In this document: positions 47,007-51,506 of the stretch, in pieces
Layout of the letters: each line of letters starts with the position of its first letter
Position numbering within the stretch: position 1 is the first letter of the stretch
Assembly (NCBI GenBank): GCA_043818175.1
Contig: JBDRGA010000056.1
Location: forward strand, 1-51,506
Origin: Candidatus Woesearchaeota archaeon
GTDB lineage: Archaea; Nanobdellota; Nanobdellia; Woesearchaeales; JBDRGA01
Length of the DNA: 51,506 bases
Direction: 5' to 3'
Made by a program: the position numbers and the translations under genes
Notes under the pieces: generated by a model
What the model was told of the DNA's origin: nothing
Database searches by the model: none
What the model saw: the letters and a program-made list of their open reading frames with translations, nothing else

Positions 47007-47310
47007 CATCCAGAAAGACCTGGAACAAATAGACGCACACTGGGATGACTCCATTCCCCAAGACAATTCTGACAAACAAAGGAATCCTTACAGAGCTGGC
47101 GGTGGCCAAAGAAGCCAGAACAAAACTGAGCAGAAAACAGTTGAGCAGGCGCTTGAAATGGAAAAGCCCACCACAACTGAGCCGGTTGCAGCACCTGTTG
47201 TCGAGAAGGCCCCTGTAAAGTCCAAAGCAAGAAAGAAGAAGGCAAAGAAGGTTTCGAAGAAAGCTTCGGGCAAAAAAACCAAGAAGAAAAAGGCTTCGAA
47301 AAGAAAGTAG
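46951..47310 (+). CDS. Hypothetical protein with Lys-rich tail
   Basis: GGTGA RBS before MSWFKKF; KKKAKKVSKK tail. Confidence 0.6.
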   Translation: MSWFKKFVKERKPEPTLTDIQKDLEQIDAHWDDSIPQDNSDKQRNPYRAGGGQRSQNKTEQKTVEQALEMEKPTTTEPVAAPVVEKAPVKSKARKKKAKKVSKKASGKKTKKKKASKRK

Positions 47311-47365
47311 TTCTTTCAGCATTCTCGAAAGAACCACTGGACATTCTGCCACAACGCATTTCTAG
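47311..47365 (+). repeat. 55-bp direct repeat, copy 1
   Basis: 53/55 identical to 47945-47999. Confidence 0.9.
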
Positions 47366-47427
47366 GTTCTTTCGTTCTTACTAACGTGAACAGCAATTAT
47401 ATAAAGTCAGTAAGACAATCTGAGGAT

Positions 47428-47640
47428 ATGAAAAAGGTTTTCAACGTCATTGTTGAAAAAGGCGAAGATGGGTACTTAGTCAGCGAAGTTCTCGGGCTTC
47501 CCGGATGCCACACTCAGGGAAAAACGCATGAAGAGCTCATGACCAGAACAAGGGAAGCCATAGAAGCGTACTTGTTGGCTAAGAATCCCGAAGTTAAGTC
47601 TACATTCCTCAGCTTGGAGCAAGTTGAGGTTAACGTATGA
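47428..47640 (+). CDS. hicB: HicB antitoxin
   Basis: EDG..V..V..LPGCHTQGKT.EE.....REAI. Confidence 0.9.
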   Translation: MKKVFNVIVEKGEDGYLVSEVLGLPGCHTQGKTHEELMTRTREAIEAYLLAKNPEVKSTFLSLEQVEVNV

Positions 47641-47864
47641 AGTTACCTGAGTTAAAAGCCATTGAAGTCTCGAAGGTTCTTAAGAAACTTGGTTTCGTTA
47701 TGAAAAGGCAGCACGGCAGCCACATGATTTTTGAACATGGAGATGGAAGGACTACGGTTGTTCCCAACCATCCTTCAGAATTTGTTGACAGGCATTTACT
47801 GAACAAGATCATCAAGCATGACTTGAAGATAGAAAGAAAAGAATTCGTGAAGCTGCTGAAGTAG
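47637..47864 (+). CDS. hicA: HicA toxin
   Basis: LKKLGF...RQHGSHMIF.H.DGR.TVVP.H. Confidence 0.92.
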   Translation: MKLPELKAIEVSKVLKKLGFVMKRQHGSHMIFEHGDGRTTVVPNHPSEFVDRHLLNKIIKHDLKIERKEFVKLLK

Positions 47865-47944
47865 CTCTACGGGGATTCAACACTCTTTGTCAGATTCTCT
47901 TTTGCAAGAGGGAAGTTCCAGGATAAAACACAAAAAAACCACAA

Positions 47945-47999
47945 TTCTTCCAGCATTCTCGAAAGAAACACTGGACATTCTGCCACAACGCATTTCTAG
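47945..47999 (+). repeat. 55-bp direct repeat, copy 2
   Basis: 53/55 identical to 47311-47365. Confidence 0.9.
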
Positions 48000-48061
48000 A
48001 TTGTTGCGCTTCATTCTTTGTGACCAACATGCATTTAAAGCATAAACGCTTCACAGAGGAC

Positions 48062-48262
48062 ATGACTGACCTGGTTGTCTCAAAGGAAAAACTGGATAGG
48101 GTACTCGAGGTCATGAACGACTTCGTAGAAGACCTGGAATCAAGAAAAACTCTTGAGATTGCCAAACAACGAATTGATGAAATGAGAAAAGACCCCTCTG
48201 CAAGCGTCTCTGAAAAGGAGGTAGACGATTACTTGCGCAGTAGGTGTGTCGATGTTGACTGA
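48062..48262 (+). CDS. Putative antitoxin
   Basis: Small acidic ORF overlapping the RelE-like gene; GAGG RBS. Confidence 0.65.
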   Translation: MTDLVVSKEKLDRVLEVMNDFVEDLESRKTLEIAKQRIDEMRKDPSASVSEKEVDDYLRSRCVDVD

Positions 48263-48542
48263 GTGGCACGCAAAATACCACACCAAATTCCTTAAAGATC
48301 TTAAGAAATTAGATGGCAGTCTACTCAAGATATTCAAAGCAAAACGAGCCAAGATTCTAGAGAATCCCTTGCGCTTTAAGCACCTCTCTGGAGGCGAGAA
48401 CTGCTATCGTGAAGAAATAACGTCCAATATACGTATAATATATTACGTAGAAGGCGCAAGCGTGTGGTTCTTGCTTCTAGAAAGACATGATGCCGCATAT
48501 GAAGACTTCCGGAAACGACTGCACGACCTGACAAACAAATAG
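48252..48542 (+). CDS. RelE/ParE-family toxin
   Basis: FLKDLKKLD...ILENP..KHL.G....R......RIIY. Confidence 0.8.
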   Translation: MLTEWHAKYHTKFLKDLKKLDGSLLKIFKAKRAKILENPLRFKHLSGGENCYREEITSNIRIIYYVEGASVWFLLLERHDAAYEDFRKRLHDLTNK

Positions 48543-48567
48543 GTGAATACTACAGGACCAGCACAAA

Positions 48568-48777
48568 GTAAAACACGATTTGAAGATAGAAAGAAAAGAA
48601 TATGCCAAAATGGATAAACTTAACGAGATAGCATTAAAACGAAGCGAAGAGTTTAGAGAAGATCATTCTATCGCAATTTCAGAAGAAGATATGAATAATT
48701 ACCTACAAAAGAGAGACATATTTATTCATGGAATAGACACCTATTTTTCTGCTTGTTTCCATAGATATGAGAAATAG
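48568..48777 (+). pseudogene. Chimeric TA remnant (hicA 3' end fused to an antitoxin-like tail)
   Basis: VKHDLKIERKEY matches HicA IKHDLKIERKEF; the rest resembles the C-terminus of 48062..48262. Confidence 0.6.
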
Positions 48778-49517
48778 GCCTTATTTTCTTCGGCAATTAG
48801 TTTGTTCTGAATCTCAATAACCTGGGGAGTTCCGTTCATCGTGAACATGTATGCGACGTACTCTCCGAATATGACTGTTGTTGCCAACGTGGGAAGTTCT
48901 TTAAGAAATCTAGTTTCTCCTATTTCTAAGAATGTTTTTAGTATTTCACTCCCTTTGAACTTTTCATTCCAAATCCCCTTATATTCAATAATTTTATGCA
49001 ATTTCTTATCTTTTAGTTCTTTCAATATTTTTTCCAAGAATAATTTTGAACTTAGATGTTCAGAAGATTTGTTTTCGGCAAATCCTGCAGGCCCGCCGCT
49101 TATGATGTATAGTTCTTTAATCATCCCTTTGCTTATCTGATTGTATAAATTGAAGTTGAACTGTTTTTGGCTCTCTTTGCTTTCGAATACTCGTACATTT
49201 GAGATTTTCGACTCGTGGATCTTTTCGATTTCGGGAATAAGAGAAAGAAGTATTGATTCTTTGTCTTTTATTTTAGCAATAATTTGTCCGATTTCAAGCG
49301 CGGAATAAAATGTCGTTCCATCTTTCTCAAGTTTGTGGATGAATCCCTTCGATATAAGCCTTTCAAGTACGCTGTACACAGTAGACCTATGTATTCCTGC
49401 CAATTTCGCTAAAACATAGGCATTTAGTTCTTTTTTTTGGACTAAAAATTTGTAGACCTGTATCTCTTTGTTATTAAGCCCAAATTCGAATAATAACTCG
49501 TCTATCTTGTTATTCAT
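48741..49517 (-). CDS. TrmB-family transcriptional regulator
   Basis: FGLNNKEIQVY..L, RSTVYSVLERLISKGF, YFSYLW. Confidence 0.85.
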   Translation of the reverse strand: MNNKIDELLFEFGLNNKEIQVYKFLVQKKELNAYVLAKLAGIHRSTVYSVLERLISKGFIHKLEKDGTTFYSALEIGQIIAKIKDKESILLSLIPEIEKIHESKISNVRVFESKESQKQFNFNLYNQISKGMIKELYIISGGPAGFAENKSSEHLSSKLFLEKILKELKDKKLHKIIEYKGIWNEKFKGSEILKTFLEIGETRFLKELPTLATTVIFGEYVAYMFTMNGTPQVIEIQNKLIAEENKAYFSYLWKQAEK

Positions 49518-49625
49518 GCACCTATCTTAATTTGAAAGTTCATAAGTTTTTCTATTTAGTCGATATTTTTAGACTACGTATGATTATATCTGAGCAAGCA
49601 TTACCATCTTTTGGAAGTATACAAA

Positions 49626-50102
49626 ATGGGATTGAAGGAAAGTATTTTGGAGATGTGGGAGTCATACAGATCTGCAAGTCAGATTGATATGGATAGCGTA
49701 GGAAGCGTTGAAAGACTATCAAATAGAGAAATATTCGGACTAGCTCTAGAAGTGGATGAATGGCAGTATATCGCTCGCGGGGTACGCCCCGGGTTTTCTG
49801 CTGAAAAAGTATGCTACGGCTCGGTCGGTGAATTAACTGTGGAGATAAGAAAAACACCAATAAGCATTTTCAATCCACGTTATGAAATAGCCATCTTATG
49901 CCAAGGACAAGAACTTAATAATATGCGCCGTGATTTTGTTTTTGGTCGTGACCTGAAGAGAGAGATGGAACGTCTGTACAGAAAAGCTGAGAAACAAGGT
50001 AAAGAAAGGATAGAACTAGCAAAAAGACAACGAGAGGCCGAAATAGATATGGAAAGAACAAGGGCTAAACTTGACCTGGTCTCCTTCGTGAGAACAAAAT
50101 AA
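49626..50102 (+). CDS. Hypothetical protein
   Basis: Divergent from trmB; coiled-coil-like C-terminus. Confidence 0.55.
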   Translation: MGLKESILEMWESYRSASQIDMDSVGSVERLSNREIFGLALEVDEWQYIARGVRPGFSAEKVCYGSVGELTVEIRKTPISIFNPRYEIAILCQGQELNNMRRDFVFGRDLKREMERLYRKAEKQGKERIELAKRQREAEIDMERTRAKLDLVSFVRTK

Positions 50103-50127
50103 AAGAGTTAGTATTAACTTAAAAAAA

Positions 50128-50757
50128 TTAGCAAGCCTTGCTTGCCTTCTGATACCTTTTGTCTATCTTCTTCCAGTCCAAGTTATTTAGGAAAGCTTCA
50201 ATGTATGCTTTCTTGTTTGGGCCCTGGTCGTGGTAGAATGCGTGCTCGTACAAGTCCATTGGAATTAGTGGTATTGAGCCCCACACACATCCATGATGAT
50301 GCATGTCTCCAATGTAATTTCTTAGAGTATTATCGTTCGTATCCAATGATAAGACTGCCCATCCGAAGCTGCTCATTCCGCATGCGATGAATTCTTTTTG
50401 CCAGTTCTCGAAGCTTCCGAAGTCTTCAACTATGCGCTTAACAACATGTAAATGAGGGTCTGCCTTTCCATCACCACCCATAACATCAAAGTAGATTTCA
50501 TGCAGTATTTGTCCCGCGCCGTTGAAGCTTTCTCTTCTCTTCAATTCAGAGAATTGAGAGTAGTTTGCGTTGGCCGTTGTAAGGTCAACCGTTTGTAACG
50601 CTGTTTCGACTTCATTCCTCTTCTTCACGTATCCCACATAATGTGTGTCGTGATGAAAAGTAATTTGCTCCTTGCTTATTCCCTGCAGTTTATCATAAGC
50701 ATAGGGAAGGTCTTTGATTGTGTGCTTTGCCTGGTTGTTCTTTGTCATGAGTTTCAC
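50128..50757 (-). CDS. sod: Fe/Mn superoxide dismutase
   Basis: LPYAYD.L, HHDTH, LHEIYF, DFGSFE.W, DLYEHAFY. Confidence 0.9.
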   Translation of the reverse strand: MKLMTKNNQAKHTIKDLPYAYDKLQGISKEQITFHHDTHYVGYVKKRNEVETALQTVDLTTANANYSQFSELKRRESFNGAGQILHEIYFDVMGGDGKADPHLHVVKRIVEDFGSFENWQKEFIACGMSSFGWAVLSLDTNDNTLRNYIGDMHHHGCVWGSIPLIPMDLYEHAFYHDQGPNKKAYIEAFLNNLDWKKIDKRYQKASKAC

Positions 50758-50864
50758 CCCGAAATTGCAGACAGAATCTCGCCTGCTATTTGAGTCAATG
50801 AAGCATGCCTTTTAACGGTTTCGCAAAACGATACGTTTATTACTATTTAGTAAGTACTAATACG

Positions 50865-51370
50865 ATGACACTTGATCTGTATAGAGAGCACCCTCACGGT
50901 CTCGTGCTTCCAAAACTGGAAGTTGAAATCGCGCAAGCCAGAGCGCGCCTTAATAAAAGGAGAAGTGGCGATGCCCGCAAAGAGTTGCCTCTCGAAGGAG
51001 TATTTGCTTATCTAAGGCAGAAAGGATACCGGAGCAGAGGATTCAAGGATGTTCCAGTTGGTGACCAGCTAACGTGGGCGGCCAATTCATACATTCTTCG
51101 CGATTATGGATTCCAGAACGCAAAGAAGGAACGCACCTCGTTCTTCTTGGCACGATGCGTTATGACTGGTACGAGTCGCAAGGCATAGAGGTTCTGGCTT
51201 CAACGCCTGAAAAGGCAGTAGATTTTCTTGGCGAACTAGTTGAAATGGCAGTGCTAAGCGCGCCAAAGCTTACGATGAACAGCTTCAATGGTTACCTGCA
51301 CGCAACACCAGGAGACGCAAGAATAATACTTCCTGTTGAAACCCTTGTTGAACAATACGGTTCGCAATGA
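50865..51370 (+). CDS. Hypothetical protein, possibly one frameshifted gene
   Basis: ORFs 50865..51188 and 51074..51370 overlap in the -1 frame. Confidence 0.4.
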
Positions 51371-51506
51371 ATCTCTCCGGGCTAAAGCCCGGAGTATCCT
51401 GTGACCATGCTTTGTAGTCTTACGTTTCTGTTGCTTTCTTGGATGTAGCGTTGTATTGCGTCGGCGCTGACGCTGCCGACGCTTCTGAAAAATTTCCCAG
51501 GACTCC
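51368..51506 (-). mobile_element. Right end of an IS200/IS605-family element (truncated by window edge)
   Basis: Subterminal hairpin CTCCGGGCT-AA-AGCCCGGAG (51375-94) followed on the minus strand by TTCA. Confidence 0.8.
51382..51506 (-). CDS. tnpA: IS200-type Y1 transposase, C-terminal fragment
   Basis: (W)SPGKFFRSVGSVSADAIQRYIQES... matches the WSxxxFxxSVG...IxxYI motif with the catalytic Tyr. Confidence 0.85.
   Translation of the reverse strand, partial: SPGKFFRSVGSVSADAIQRYIQESNRNVRLQSMVTGYSGL

Noticed and set aside
47311-47999. 55-bp repeats as CRISPR repeats or IS ends
   Set aside because: Only two direct copies 634 bp apart, not inverted, with no cas gene or transposase nearby
1-51506. 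rRNA, cas genes, reverse transcriptase/DGR, integrase, and the many antisense ORFs in the track
   Set aside because: No recognisable motifs seen; the antisense ORFs are shadows of well-supported genes

Overview
Gene-dense archaeal chromosome segment, most likely DPANN/Woesearchaeota-like. This is an inference from short TATA promoters, a BHB-intron tRNA, archaeal TrpRS/AsnRS, HerA/Mre11, tandem Lrp and TrmB regulators, and bacterial-type GAPDH/Pta/TGT. Housekeeping genes (secD, trpS, asnS, gap, intein-containing nrdJ, tgt, sod, herA, mre11) are interspersed with at least seven toxin-antitoxin modules. The main hidden structure is a 7,181-bp single-transposase cargo transposon (25020-32200). 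It has IS903-like terminal inverted repeats (GGCTTTGCAC), symmetric sub-terminal repeats and an exact 9-bp target-site duplication (GGAAATGAC). It carries a DEDDy exonuclease, a Panacea/RelE-like TA pair, a PD-(D/E)XK-like nuclease, a fused restriction-modification enzyme, and a divergent AbrB/HTH control region with three ATCATATGAT operators. Other notable items: tRNA-Val(GAC) with a D-loop intron and a duplicated 3' end, an NrdR-box-like operator before nrdJ, a K+ channel homolog lacking the GYG filter, an MCM lacking its N-terminal domain, a degenerate Pta, an orphan DNA-hypermodification-family gene, a repeat-punctuated TA tandem, and an IS200 end at the right edge. All calls come from motif reading; no searches were run.
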